From positions 1 to 40,206 of the forward strand of contig CAZHDT010000004.1 of NCBI GenBank assembly GCA_964531505.1: 40,206 bases of DNA, read 5' to 3'. Below the pieces are notes generated by a model, which saw nothing but the letters and a program-made list of their open reading frames with translations, was not told the DNA's origin and made no database searches. Of this stretch, positions 1 through 7,864 are shown piece by piece. Each line of letters begins with the position of its first letter. Position 1 is the stretch's first letter. The stretch comes from an uncultured Gammaproteobacteria bacterium (GTDB taxonomy: Bacteria > Patescibacteriota > Patescibacteriia > UBA2591 > UBA6264). A program made the position numbers and the translations under genes.

Positions 1-35
1 GTTAGTAAGGGCAGTTTTTTTTATTATCTTTAAAT

Positions 36-44
36 TTATCCACA
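36..44 (+). promoter_or_regulatory. DnaA-box consensus TTATCCACA
   Basis: Exact 9-mer match in intergenic DNA upstream of the AbiEi-like gene; function here unproven. Confidence 0.35.
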
Positions 45-59
45 ATTAAATTGTTAACT

Positions 60-106
60 TATCGTTTCTCATAGTATACAATAATTGTATACTATGAGAA
101 ACGATA
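60..106. promoter_or_regulatory. Perfect 23-bp inverted repeat, probable AbiEi autoregulatory operator
   Basis: TATCGTTTCTCATAGTATACAAT (60-82), 1-nt spacer, exact reverse complement (84-106) overlapping the ATG at 94. AbiEi-family antitoxins are known to bind ~23-bp inverted repeats in their own promoter. Confidence 0.8.
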
Positions 107-750
107 TAACACAAACAATAACAGCTAAAATTATTGAATCAATAAAGGATTCTCCTTATTTTAGTATTGAAAATCTAAAATTTATTAGTGAGGTTAGTAG
201 TGGATATTTAAAAATCATTTTATATCGCTTACTTAAAAAGGGTTATATTATAAGATTAAAAAAAGGAATCTATGTGTCTAAAAATTTTATAAACGATGTT
301 AAAAATAAAAATCTTTTATCTCCATATTTAGAATTTATGGCGGGAAAAATCTATCAGCCCTCTTATTTAAGTTTGAATTATATTTTATCTGAAAATGAAA
401 TTTTAACCGAAATGCCAAAAAATTTCACCCTTATAAGCGCAAAAAAAACAAATATCTTAACAAACCGTTTTGGCAAATTCATTTATCATAAAATTAAAAA
501 AACCTTTTTACCGGCTTTAAAATAGAAAAAATAAATAATTTTTTGATTTCAAAAGCGACCAAGGCAAAAACTCTTTTTGATTTTTTATATTTAAAGAAAA
601 ATTTAATTACAGATAAAACTTACTTAAACGAATTAAGACTAAATCTGGAAAACTTTAATAAAAATGATAAATTAGAATTTAATAAATATGTTTCCATTGA
701 AGGGTCTAAAAAAAATGAAAATTATTCATAATTTAACTTTTCAAAAATAA
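94..750 (+). pseudogene. AbiEi-like type IV toxin-antitoxin antitoxin/transcriptional regulator, frameshifted
   Basis: N-terminal wHTH (LYRLLKKGYIIRLKKGIY) and PSYLSLNYIL motif in ORF 85-525. A -1 shift at A7 (496-502) continues as KNLFTGFKIEK...KATKAKTLFDFLYL (ORF 543-731). A likely second shift at A8 (708-715) gives ...KKMKIIHNLTFQK* ending at 750. Confidence 0.7.
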
Positions 751-920
751 CAAATAAAAAAATAAAATTATTATCGTCTCAAGAAGAAACAACTAATGTA
801 TTTCAAAAAAATAGCAAAAGACATAAAAAAAATACTTGAAAATCAATTAAAAACAATATAATTTTACAAAAAAATAAATAATTAAAAAAGAACTAAAAGA
901 ATGTTTTTAAAAAAACAAGA

Positions 921-991
921 ATTGCCTAGATTTTAATTATTTTGCATAGATATTGACAAATTTACATAGATTTAATAAAATATCTATACAA
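921..991. repeat. Operator-like array: three direct repeats wTTrCmTAGAT at 20-bp period plus one inverted copy
   Basis: ATTGCCTAGAT 921-931, TTTGCATAGAT 941-951, TTTACATAGAT 961-971; inverted TTGTATAGAT on the minus strand at 982-991. Confidence 0.7.
953..981 (+). promoter_or_regulatory. Sigma70-type promoter, near-leaderless transcript
   Basis: TTGACA 953-958, 17-nt spacer, TAAAAT 976-981; ATG at 991 lies 9 nt downstream with no SD. Confidence 0.75.
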
Positions 992-1722
992 TGGAAAAAG
1001 AAGATAAAAATCTTTTAACTATAAGTGAGGCGGCTAAATTTTTAGAGGTTTCAATAGACACCTTGAGACGCTGGGATTTAAAAGGAAAGCTTAAGGCGGT
1101 CAGAAGCTCAGGCGGCCATCGTTATTATTCCAAAGAGCAGTTGGAGAGTTTTGTGTTGGATCTTAAGGCCATCGCTCGAGTTTGGGCCGAAAGTCAAACG
1201 GCTTCGGAGTTGTTATCAGATCACTATTGCTACACACAAGATATTTTCAAAGCACGACTTGATAGAATGGCTTTTGACCTTGACCGCAATCCAACTACAA
1301 AAACTTTAACTCCCTTAATTGTCGCAATAACAGGTGAGATTGGTAATAATTCATTTGATCACAATTTCGGCAATTGGCCAGATGTGCCCGGCGTTTTTTT
1401 CGCTTACGATATAAACAAACGCATTATTGTTCTTGCTGACCGAGGCGTGGGTATCCGTACGACACTTTTGCGGGTACGGCCAAATTTAAAGGATGATATA
1501 ATGGCTTTGTCCGTAGCGTTTATCGAGCGTCTTTCCGGACGTTCTCCAGAACAAAGAGGAAATGGCCTAAAATTTGTCAATAATGTTGCAATTAAAAATT
1601 CAATAGGTGTTTCTTTGCAATCGGGTACTGCCGTAGCAGAGATTGCCAAGTTAAATGGTATTTTAAAAGTTAGCCTGGCAGACAGATATATCCGCGGTAC
1701 GCTAAGTGTGATAACATATTAA
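991..1722 (+). CDS. MerR/excisionase-type HTH fused to a GHKL (HATPase_c, anti-sigma kinase-like) ATPase domain
   Basis: N-terminal LLTISEAAKFLEVSIDTLRRWD...GGHRYY (MerR-type HTH); N-box EIGNNSFDH, D-box DRGVG, G-box RGNGL. Confidence 0.85.
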   Translation: MEKEDKNLLTISEAAKFLEVSIDTLRRWDLKGKLKAVRSSGGHRYYSKEQLESFVLDLKAIARVWAESQTASELLSDHYCYTQDIFKARLDRMAFDLDRNPTTKTLTPLIVAITGEIGNNSFDHNFGNWPDVPGVFFAYDINKRIIVLADRGVGIRTTLLRVRPNLKDDIMALSVAFIERLSGRSPEQRGNGLKFVNNVAIKNSIGVSLQSGTAVAEIAKLNGILKVSLADRYIRGTLSVITY

Positions 1723-1727
1723 TTATT

Positions 1728-2000
1728 ATGCGCATAGAACTTAAAAAATTCGGCAAAGTATTAACTTCGCGTCCTGCGGGTAAAGAGGCATTTGCGGCAA
1801 TTCGTCCAATCCTTGATACTAACGCCGACATAGTGGAGATTGATTTCTCTGATATTATTTCGCTTGGGCCTTCTTGGGCAGATGAATTTTTTACTGCTCT
1901 CAAAAATATGTATAAAAACCGAGTAAAATATTTGCCCACAGACAATCAATCAGTAATAGAAACCTTAAAGATATTAGGGGAAATAGATTCTTCTGTTTAA
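1728..2000 (+). CDS. STAS-like domain protein (DUF4325-type)
   Basis: 90 aa, LTSRPAGKEAF...VEIDFSDIISLGPSWADEFF pattern typical of STAS-like DUF4325 proteins; starts 5 nt after the kinase gene. Confidence 0.8.
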   Translation: MRIELKKFGKVLTSRPAGKEAFAAIRPILDTNADIVEIDFSDIISLGPSWADEFFTALKNMYKNRVKYLPTDNQSVIETLKILGEIDSSV

Positions 2001-2094
2001 AATTTTAAAAAAAGAAATAAAGCATTTTGGTAATAACGCTTCCAAAAATATATGTAAAATGGAGGTGTGTATTTAGCCCTTGAGGTTTGACTGG

Positions 2095-2140
2095 GGATTG
2101 CTTCGTCCTCCGACGTAACGTCGGCGTCCTTACAATGACA
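2095..2140. repeat. Short palindromic REP-like element (GATTGCTTCGTC...CAATGAC type) with internal hairpin
   Basis: GGATTGCTTCGTCCT-CCGACG-TAA-CGTCGG-CGTCCTTACAATGACA; a GC-rich patch in AT-rich intergenic DNA resembling the widespread GTCATTGCGAG...GCAATC repeat family. Confidence 0.55.
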
Positions 2141-2148
2141 TTATGTAT

Positions 2149-2165
2149 GTAGGGGTTCAACCCCT
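2149..2165 (+). repeat. GTAG-type REP-like palindrome
   Basis: GTAG tetranucleotide overlapping the perfect palindrome AGGGGTT-C-AACCCCT (2151-2165). Confidence 0.45.
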
Positions 2166-2305
2166 CCACTTACTATGGCAAAAGCATATTTTATTTATGG
2201 AGGAGAAAGATATATGCGGGAAGGAAATATAAACATTTTCCCCATAACTAAGATATTTCAAAAATTGCCTGAAATTTTGAAATAAATTGAATATCAAATA
2301 AAAAT

Positions 2306-4171
2306 ATGAATTTGTTTAAAAAAACTAATTTTACTCGAACGCTGTTTTTTTTGCTCTGCGATGTTATTTTAATTTCCCTTTCTTGTTGGCTGGGATTTCT
2401 TTTAAGATTTGACGGGATTATCCCCTCTCAATATTTTTTAATGATTAAAGGCTTTATTGCCTTGGCCGTCCCTTTAACTATCCTTTTTTTCCTTTTAGAG
2501 CGGCTTTATTCTGTTTCTTGGTCATATATCAGTGTGCGAGAGCTTTTAAAGGTTTTTCGAGCTATTATCGTCAGTTTTTTGGGCATAGGCGCAGCTCTTT
2601 TCATTTTCCGCCACTTGCCTATTTTTGAAGGTTTTCCCCGCTCTATTCTCTTTATTTCCGCTTTTATCGCTCTTTTAACTACTGGCGGCATTCGTTTTTC
2701 AAAAAGAATCTATTTACATGGCTTGAAAAGAAATGGAAAAAATAACAATCAAAACCTTTCTCCAATTTTAATTGTCGGCACTGGAGTGGCGGGAGAACAA
2801 TTGGTCCGCCACATTCTTTCCACTAAATCCCCTTATCAGCCGGTCGGATTCATTGATGACGACTCGTCAAAACAAAACATTCTCATTCATGGGGTAAAAA
2901 TCTTGGGAGAAATTAACCAAATTCCAGAAATTATTAAAAAACAAAAAATTCAGGAAATTATTATTGCTCTTCCCTCTGCTTCGAAAAAAATTATTAAAAA
3001 AACTGTTGTTTTAGCGCGAGAATCAGGAATTCAAAAAATAAGAATTTTACCCGGAACAAACGAGCTTTTGGCAGGAAAAATAAACCTAAGTCATTTACGA
3101 GACATATCTATTGAAGATCTTTTAGGAAGGGAAATGGTGCAAATAGATACCAAATCAATTCAAGAATATATTACTGGAAAAACTATTTTAGTGACTGGAG
3201 CAGCCGGCTCAATCGGTTCCCAGCTTTGCCAGCAAATTTGTAAATTTTATCCTAAAAAATTAATTGCTTTAGACCAGCGAGAAACTGCTACGTTTTATTT
3301 AGAGAGAGAACTTAATAAACTTTTTCCAGAAACCCAAAAATTATTTGTGATTGCTGATATTTGCCATGAAAAAAAGTTTGACCTACTTTTGGAAAGGGAA
3401 AAACCAGAAGTTATTTTTCACGCCGCCGCCTACAAACATGTTCCGATGATGGAAACCAATGCTGATGAAGCGATTAGAAATAATATTTTAGGAACTTTAA
3501 ATTTAGGAAAAGCGGCTTTAAAAAATAAAGTTAAAAAATTTGTGATGATTTCCACAGATAAGGCGATTAATCCGACCTCTATTATGGGCGCCAGCAAAAG
3601 AATGTGTGAAATGGTTTGTTTGTCGCTTAATAATCAAGCGCAAAAAACAGAGGAATTAATAACTCAATTCTGCGCCGTCAGATTTGGCAATGTTTTAGGT
3701 AGTCAAGGAAGTGTAGTGCCGGTTTTTGAAGAACAAATAAAAAGAGGCGGGCCAGTGGAAGTTACCCACCCTGAAATGAAAAGATATTTTATGGTCACTT
3801 CAGAAGCTTGCTTGTTGGTGATGCAAGCCGGGGCCATTGGTCAAGGCGGGGAAGTTTTTGTTTTAGATATGGGTCAACCGATTAAAATCGTTGACTTAGC
3901 AAGGGAAATGATTAAATTAGCGGGATTCCAACCCGATGTGGACATTCCTATTGTTTTTACTGGAGTTAGACCGGGCGAAAAACTTTTTGAAGAAATTTTG
4001 ACTAAAAATGAAATTCCCACTAAATGTGAAAAAATCTTTATTGCTTCCCTTTCTCAAATAGACGAAATAAAATTAGCTTCTACTTTAAAAGAATTTAAGG
4101 AAAACTTAGAGCAAATGAATAAGCAACAAATTATTGAAAAACTTGAAGGATTAGTTGAATTTCATAAGTAG
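2306..4171 (+). CDS. capD: CapD/PglF/WbpM-family nucleotide-sugar 4,6-dehydratase (polysaccharide biosynthesis)
   Basis: Four N-terminal TM segments, a CoA-binding-like domain, TGAAGSIGS, FHAAAYKHVP, ISTDKAINP, MGASKR, VRFGNVLGSQGSV, GVRPGEKLFEE. Confidence 0.92.
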   Translation: MNLFKKTNFTRTLFFLLCDVILISLSCWLGFLLRFDGIIPSQYFLMIKGFIALAVPLTILFFLLERLYSVSWSYISVRELLKVFRAIIVSFLGIGAALFIFRHLPIFEGFPRSILFISAFIALLTTGGIRFSKRIYLHGLKRNGKNNNQNLSPILIVGTGVAGEQLVRHILSTKSPYQPVGFIDDDSSKQNILIHGVKILGEINQIPEIIKKQKIQEIIIALPSASKKIIKKTVVLARESGIQKIRILPGTNELLAGKINLSHLRDISIEDLLGREMVQIDTKSIQEYITGKTILVTGAAGSIGSQLCQQICKFYPKKLIALDQRETATFYLERELNKLFPETQKLFVIADICHEKKFDLLLEREKPEVIFHAAAYKHVPMMETNADEAIRNNILGTLNLGKAALKNKVKKFVMISTDKAINPTSIMGASKRMCEMVCLSLNNQAQKTEELITQFCAVRFGNVLGSQGSVVPVFEEQIKRGGPVEVTHPEMKRYFMVTSEACLLVMQAGAIGQGGEVFVLDMGQPIKIVDLAREMIKLAGFQPDVDIPIVFTGVRPGEKLFEEILTKNEIPTKCEKIFIASLSQIDEIKLASTLKEFKENLEQMNKQQIIEKLEGLVEFHK

Positions 4172-4254
4172 TTGTTTAAATTGACATTAAACGTTAATTT
4201 TAAAAACGCTAAAAAACGCTTTATATCATAGACTGGAAGCGGGCTGGGGAAGGC

Positions 4255-4285
4255 AAAAGTTTGGAAGCCGAGCTTCCAAACTTTT
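4255..4285. repeat. Perfect 14-bp stem-loop (terminator or REP-like element)
   Basis: AAAAGTTTGGAAGC-CGA-GCTTCCAAACTTTT downstream of capD. Confidence 0.65.
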
Positions 4286-4308
4286 AAATCAATTTATTAT
4301 TAATCTGT

Positions 4309-4337
4309 TTGACAAAGGCATTAATTGATAATATAAT
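4309..4337 (+). promoter_or_regulatory. Perfect consensus sigma70 promoter P1 for hicB-hicA-wzz
   Basis: TTGACA 4309-4314, 17 nt, TATAAT 4332-4337. Confidence 0.8.
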
Positions 4338-4352
4338 AAAAATATAGAACAA

Positions 4353-4391
4353 ATTGTAAAAATTGACGTGAAATAAATTTTACAATATAAT
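4353..4391 (+). promoter_or_regulatory. Second promoter P2 with overlapping 9-bp inverted repeat
   Basis: TTGACG 4363-4368, 17 nt, TATAAT 4386-4391; IR ATTGTAAAA (4353-4361) / TTTTACAAT (4378-4386). Confidence 0.6.
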
Positions 4392-4421
4392 TAAATTATA
4401 TAATTTTAATATACAATATAT

Positions 4422-4712
4422 ATGAAAAAAATAGGTATGGAATTCAATTTACCCGTTTCTATTTTTCGCGAAGGTAAAAACTTTATCGCTTATACCCCTG
4501 TCTTAGATTTATCTACCAGCGCAGATAACTATGACAGGGTTAAAAAAAGGTTTGAAGAAATAGTGGGAATATTTTTTGAAGAAACTATTAAAAACGGCGA
4601 TATTAATTCTGTTTTAAAAAACCTCGGATGGAGACGAATAAAAAAAAGCTGGTCTCCCCCGACCGTTATTTCTCAAGAGTTAAAAAATATTAAAGTACCG
4701 CTAAGTTGTTAA
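4422..4712 (+). CDS. hicB: HicB-like antitoxin (short form)
   Basis: VSIFREGKNFIAYTPVLDLSTSADNYDRVKKRFEE partial RNase H-fold pattern; adjacent to hicA. Confidence 0.7.
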   Translation: MKKIGMEFNLPVSIFREGKNFIAYTPVLDLSTSADNYDRVKKRFEEIVGIFFEETIKNGDINSVLKNLGWRRIKKSWSPPTVISQELKNIKVPLSC

Positions 4713-4716
4713 TTTT

Positions 4717-4947
4717 ATGTCTGGATTAACACCTATTCACTGGAAAAAATTTGACAAATTTTTAATATTTATTGGCTGTAAGCTTAAAAGACAAAAAGGA
4801 GATCATCGAATTTATTGGAGAAAAGGATTAAAAAGACCCATTATTATCCCGAGGGATAAATCTTTACCAATATTTATTATCTTAAATAATTTAAAATTAT
4901 TAGATTTATCAACGGAAGAATATTTAGATATATTAAAAAAAATATAA
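4717..4947 (+). CDS. hicA: HicA-family mRNA interferase toxin
   Basis: 76 aa, basic, GCKLKRQKGDHRIY...PIIIP motif with the catalytic His. Confidence 0.85.
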   Translation: MSGLTPIHWKKFDKFLIFIGCKLKRQKGDHRIYWRKGLKRPIIIPRDKSLPIFIILNNLKLLDLSTEEYLDILKKI

Positions 4948-4951
4948 AAAT

Positions 4952-5977
4952 ATGGACGAACAAAACAATCAAAATTATAACATTCATCTTAATCAAGACC
5001 GACCTAAACCGGATCTTGAAGAAAAAAAAGCAGAACACCATAAAAAAGTTTTTCAACAAGATGAAGAAGAGATCGATTTAAGAGACTATATTGAAGTATT
5101 GATTAAAAGAAAATGGGCTATCTTGGCTATTTTTTTAGTTGCGGTAATCGCGGCCGGGGTAATCAGTTTTCTCACTCCCCCTACTTATCAAGCCGGCAAT
5201 TTAATAGAAATCGGCCAAATTAAAAGAGCGCCATTACAAAGCTTAGAAGATTTAAAAGCCGTTTTTGAAAGAATTAGTTTTCTAAAAAAAATAGAAGATG
5301 AAATAAAAACACCTCTTGAATTAGCGGAAAATATCGCTCCGGAGACTATTACTAATATGTTTAATATAGAAAAGGCTGGCGAAGGCACGGGCTATTCAAA
5401 ATTCATAAAAATTAAGGGCCGGGCTAATACACCAGAAAAAGCGGTTATTGTGGTTAACGCCGTTACAAAAATTATCTTAGAATACCACCAAAATTTATTT
5501 TCTGTAGCGGAAGAAACTTTTAACATTGAAATGGAAATGATAAAAAATAGTAAAGAAAAAACCAAAAAAGACATTGAAAAAATTCAACAAGATATTGTCC
5601 GTTTAAACCAGGATATTCAAAAATATGAACAAGAAATTAATAAAAGAGCTGATATTCAAACAGAAGGGCAAGGAAGAATCGCGGAAAGCTATATTAACCT
5701 CTTAGCCACATCTAAAAATCAAAAAGAAAATAAAGAATCGCAATTATTGGGTTTAGAACAACAATTAGTTTCTTTTGACCAAGCAATTCAACAAAAAGAA
5801 TATGAAAAGGTTTACGAAACAAAACCGACTAAGGTGGAAGTAGAAGCTGTCTCCCCTGAAATAAGAATCGCGCCTAAAAGAAAACAGAATGTAGTCATTG
5901 CCGGAATTTTGGGCATATTTATCGGCATTTTTTACGCCTTTTGCGCTGAATATTTTTGCAAAGAAAAAAATAGTTAG
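4952..5977 (+). CDS. wzz: Wzz-family polysaccharide chain-length determinant (co-polymerase)
   Basis: EEEIDLRDYIEVLIKRKW plus TM1, coiled-coil middle, Pro-rich PKRKQNVVIAGILGIFIG TM2. Confidence 0.85.
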   Translation: MDEQNNQNYNIHLNQDRPKPDLEEKKAEHHKKVFQQDEEEIDLRDYIEVLIKRKWAILAIFLVAVIAAGVISFLTPPTYQAGNLIEIGQIKRAPLQSLEDLKAVFERISFLKKIEDEIKTPLELAENIAPETITNMFNIEKAGEGTGYSKFIKIKGRANTPEKAVIVVNAVTKIILEYHQNLFSVAEETFNIEMEMIKNSKEKTKKDIEKIQQDIVRLNQDIQKYEQEINKRADIQTEGQGRIAESYINLLATSKNQKENKESQLLGLEQQLVSFDQAIQQKEYEKVYETKPTKVEVEAVSPEIRIAPKRKQNVVIAGILGIFIGIFYAFCAEYFCKEKNS

Positions 5978-5982
5978 GAATC

Positions 5983-6020
5983 AAAAAAACGCTCTCGGCC
6001 TAAGCCGAGAGCGTTTTTTT
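5983..6020. terminator. Bidirectional rho-independent terminator between convergent wzz and recA
   Basis: AAAAAAACGCTCTCGGC-CTAA-GCCGAGAGCGTTTTTTT. Confidence 0.9.
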
Positions 6021-6025
6021 ATTTT

Positions 6026-7096
6026 TTATCTTTCTTTTTCTTTTTTTTCTTCTTCTCTCATTATTTCTAAAATTTGCTTTTTTAATTTCTGAGCCAAAGG
6101 TTTATTTTCTCTTAAACCGGTTTTTGCGTTCTCCCATCCAATTCCCAATTTTTGGTCATCATAAATAACCGTATTGCCTGTTTTTTTAACTAAATTGTAT
6201 TTTGCTCCCAAATTAAGTAGATCTCCGGTCCAAGAAATTCCTTCATTATACATAATTTCAAACTCGCATACCCGAAAAGGAGCAGCGACTTTATTTTTAA
6301 CAATTTTCGCTTTGACTTTGTTACCAATAACTTCTTCCCCTCTTTTAATTTGAGCTAAACGTCTTACTTCTATTCTAACCGAAGAATAAAATTTTAAAGC
6401 TAAACCGCCGGTAGTGGTTTCCGGATTGCCAAACATAATTCCTATTTTCATTCTAATTTGATTGATAAAAATAACTACGGTTTTGGTTTTGCTAATAATA
6501 GCGGTTAATTTTCTTAAAGCTTGACTCATTAAACGAGCTTGTAAACCAATTTGTTGGTCCCCCATTTCCCCTTCAATCTCTTTTCTTGGAGTTAAAGCGG
6601 CTACTGAATCAACCACAATCACGTCAAATCCATTGGAACGAACTAAAGTCTCCACTATTTCCAAAGCTTGTTCTCCATTATCGGGCTGGGAAATCAATAA
6701 ATCATTTATTTGAACCCCGATCTTTCTGGCATAATCCGGGTCTAAAGCGTGTTCTGCGTCAATAAAAGCGGCTGTTCCGCCTTTTTTTTGCGCTTCAGCG
6801 ATAATATGAAGTGTTAAGGTACTTTTCCCACTCATTTCTTGGCCAAAAATTTCAATAACTCGACCCCGAGGAATACCACCTACTCCAAGAGCGTGGTCTA
6901 AAGAAAGACAACCGGTGGAAATCGCTTCCACTTCCATTTTTTTTGCCTCACCCAACTTCATAATTGTTCCTTCGCCATAGCGAGCCTTAATTTGTTCTAT
7001 GGCCATTTCCGCGGCTTTATGCCGAGAATCTACTTCATTTGCCTTAATTTTATCTTCTAATGAATTATTTTTTTTTAAATTTTCTTTTTTGGGCAT
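6026..7096 (-). CDS. recA: Recombinase RecA
   Basis: GQEMSGKST Walker [36 protein letters not shown]. Confidence 0.99.
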   Translation of the reverse strand: MPKKENLKKNNSLEDKIKANEVDSRHKAAEMAIEQIKARYGEGTIMKLGEAKKMEVEAISTGCLSLDHALGVGGIPRGRVIEIFGQEMSGKSTLTLHIIAEAQKKGGTAAFIDAEHALDPDYARKIGVQINDLLISQPDNGEQALEIVETLVRSNGFDVIVVDSVAALTPRKEIEGEMGDQQIGLQARLMSQALRKLTAIISKTKTVVIFINQIRMKIGIMFGNPETTTGGLALKFYSSVRIEVRRLAQIKRGEEVIGNKVKAKIVKNKVAAPFRVCEFEIMYNEGISWTGDLLNLGAKYNLVKKTGNTVIYDDQKLGIGWENAKTGLRENKPLAQKLKKQILEIMREEEKKEKER

Positions 7097-7125
7097 ATAA
7101 AAATAATTAGTAATTAACTTTTTAA

Positions 7126-7154
7126 AGTATACTTATTTTAAATAATCATGTCAA
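7126..7154 (-). promoter_or_regulatory. recA promoter
   Basis: Minus strand TTGACA (7154-7149), 17 nt, TATACT (7131-7126). Confidence 0.7.
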
Positions 7155-7167
7155 TTTAAATTTATAT

Positions 7168-7815
7168 TTATTCCAAAACCACTTGACGATAAACGCTCGT
7201 TTCTTTGGAATATTTTTTTTGGGCGGAAATCTTAATAATATTCAACCCTGGCAATAATTCTATTGACTGTTCGAAATCTCCATTAATTGTTACTGCTACG
7301 GGTTGGTCATTAATAAAAACATCTGATTTTTCTTCTGTCTTTCCTTTAATAATCAAAGTAGATTTTTGAACAACAAAATCTTCTTGAGGAAAAATAATTT
7401 GAATTCTCGGAGGAAAAAGAACTTTTTTAATTCCAAATCCCAAATAAGAAAAAACTAAAACGACAAAAAATGATATAAAAAACAATTTGAAGTTAACCTT
7501 TTTGAAATGGCCAAAACTTTTAAACCGATTTTTTCTATAATTTTTATTTTTGGAAAGTTCGTTTTCTTTTTCCCATTGATTTAGCATCTCTTCACTATTT
7601 AATCCCAAAAATTCGGCATATTTTTTTAAAAAATTTTTAAAATAAACTGAACCTGGCAATTCAGAGTAATCATCAAATTCCAATAATTTTAAATATTTTT
7701 CTTCTATTTTTATTTCTTGAGAAACAAAGCTTAAACTAAAGTTTTTAGAAAGGCGCGCTTTCTTCAAAAGCCCGCCCAAAGTGTTGAAAACTATTTCCTT
7801 TTTTGAAAAAGACAT
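7168..7815 (-). CDS. RodZ-like protein: XRE-type HTH, one TM helix, C-terminal Ig-like domain
   Basis: LGGLLKKAR...IKIEEKYLKLLEFDDYSELPGSVYFKNFLKKYAEFLGL matches the RodZ HTH; ftsK-rodZ-recA synteny. Confidence 0.75.
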   Translation of the reverse strand: MSFSKKEIVFNTLGGLLKKARLSKNFSLSFVSQEIKIEEKYLKLLEFDDYSELPGSVYFKNFLKKYAEFLGLNSEEMLNQWEKENELSKNKNYRKNRFKSFGHFKKVNFKLFFISFFVVLVFSYLGFGIKKVLFPPRIQIIFPQEDFVVQKSTLIIKGKTEEKSDVFINDQPVAVTINGDFEQSIELLPGLNIIKISAQKKYSKETSVYRQVVLE

Positions 7816-7864
7816 AAATATTTAACAAATAGAAATATGGATTCGTAGTTTTTTAAAAAATAAT

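Noticed and set aside
36-120. Possible oriC, or an IS/MITE end at the 23-bp inverted repeat
   Set aside because: Only one DnaA box and no dnaA; the IR arms are adjacent with no transposase or target duplication.
921-991. Possible mini-CRISPR or iteron array
   Set aside because: Repeats are 11 bp with 9-bp gaps, far too short for CRISPR; no cas or rep gene nearby. An operator is the better explanation.
1404-1949. Minus-strand ORFs 1404-1649, 1670-1945 and 1761-1949
   Set aside because: Antisense shadows of the kinase and STAS genes with no recognisable motifs.
4202-4220. Tandem AAAAACGCT x2
   Set aside because: Low-complexity two-copy repeat; plausible by chance.
4877-6092. Short ORFs 4877-5059, 5188-5388, 5392-5574 and 5898-6092, some hydrophobic and resembling type I toxins
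   Set aside because: They overlap hicA, wzz, the terminator or recA; hydrophobicity is expected from the antisense of A-rich DNA.
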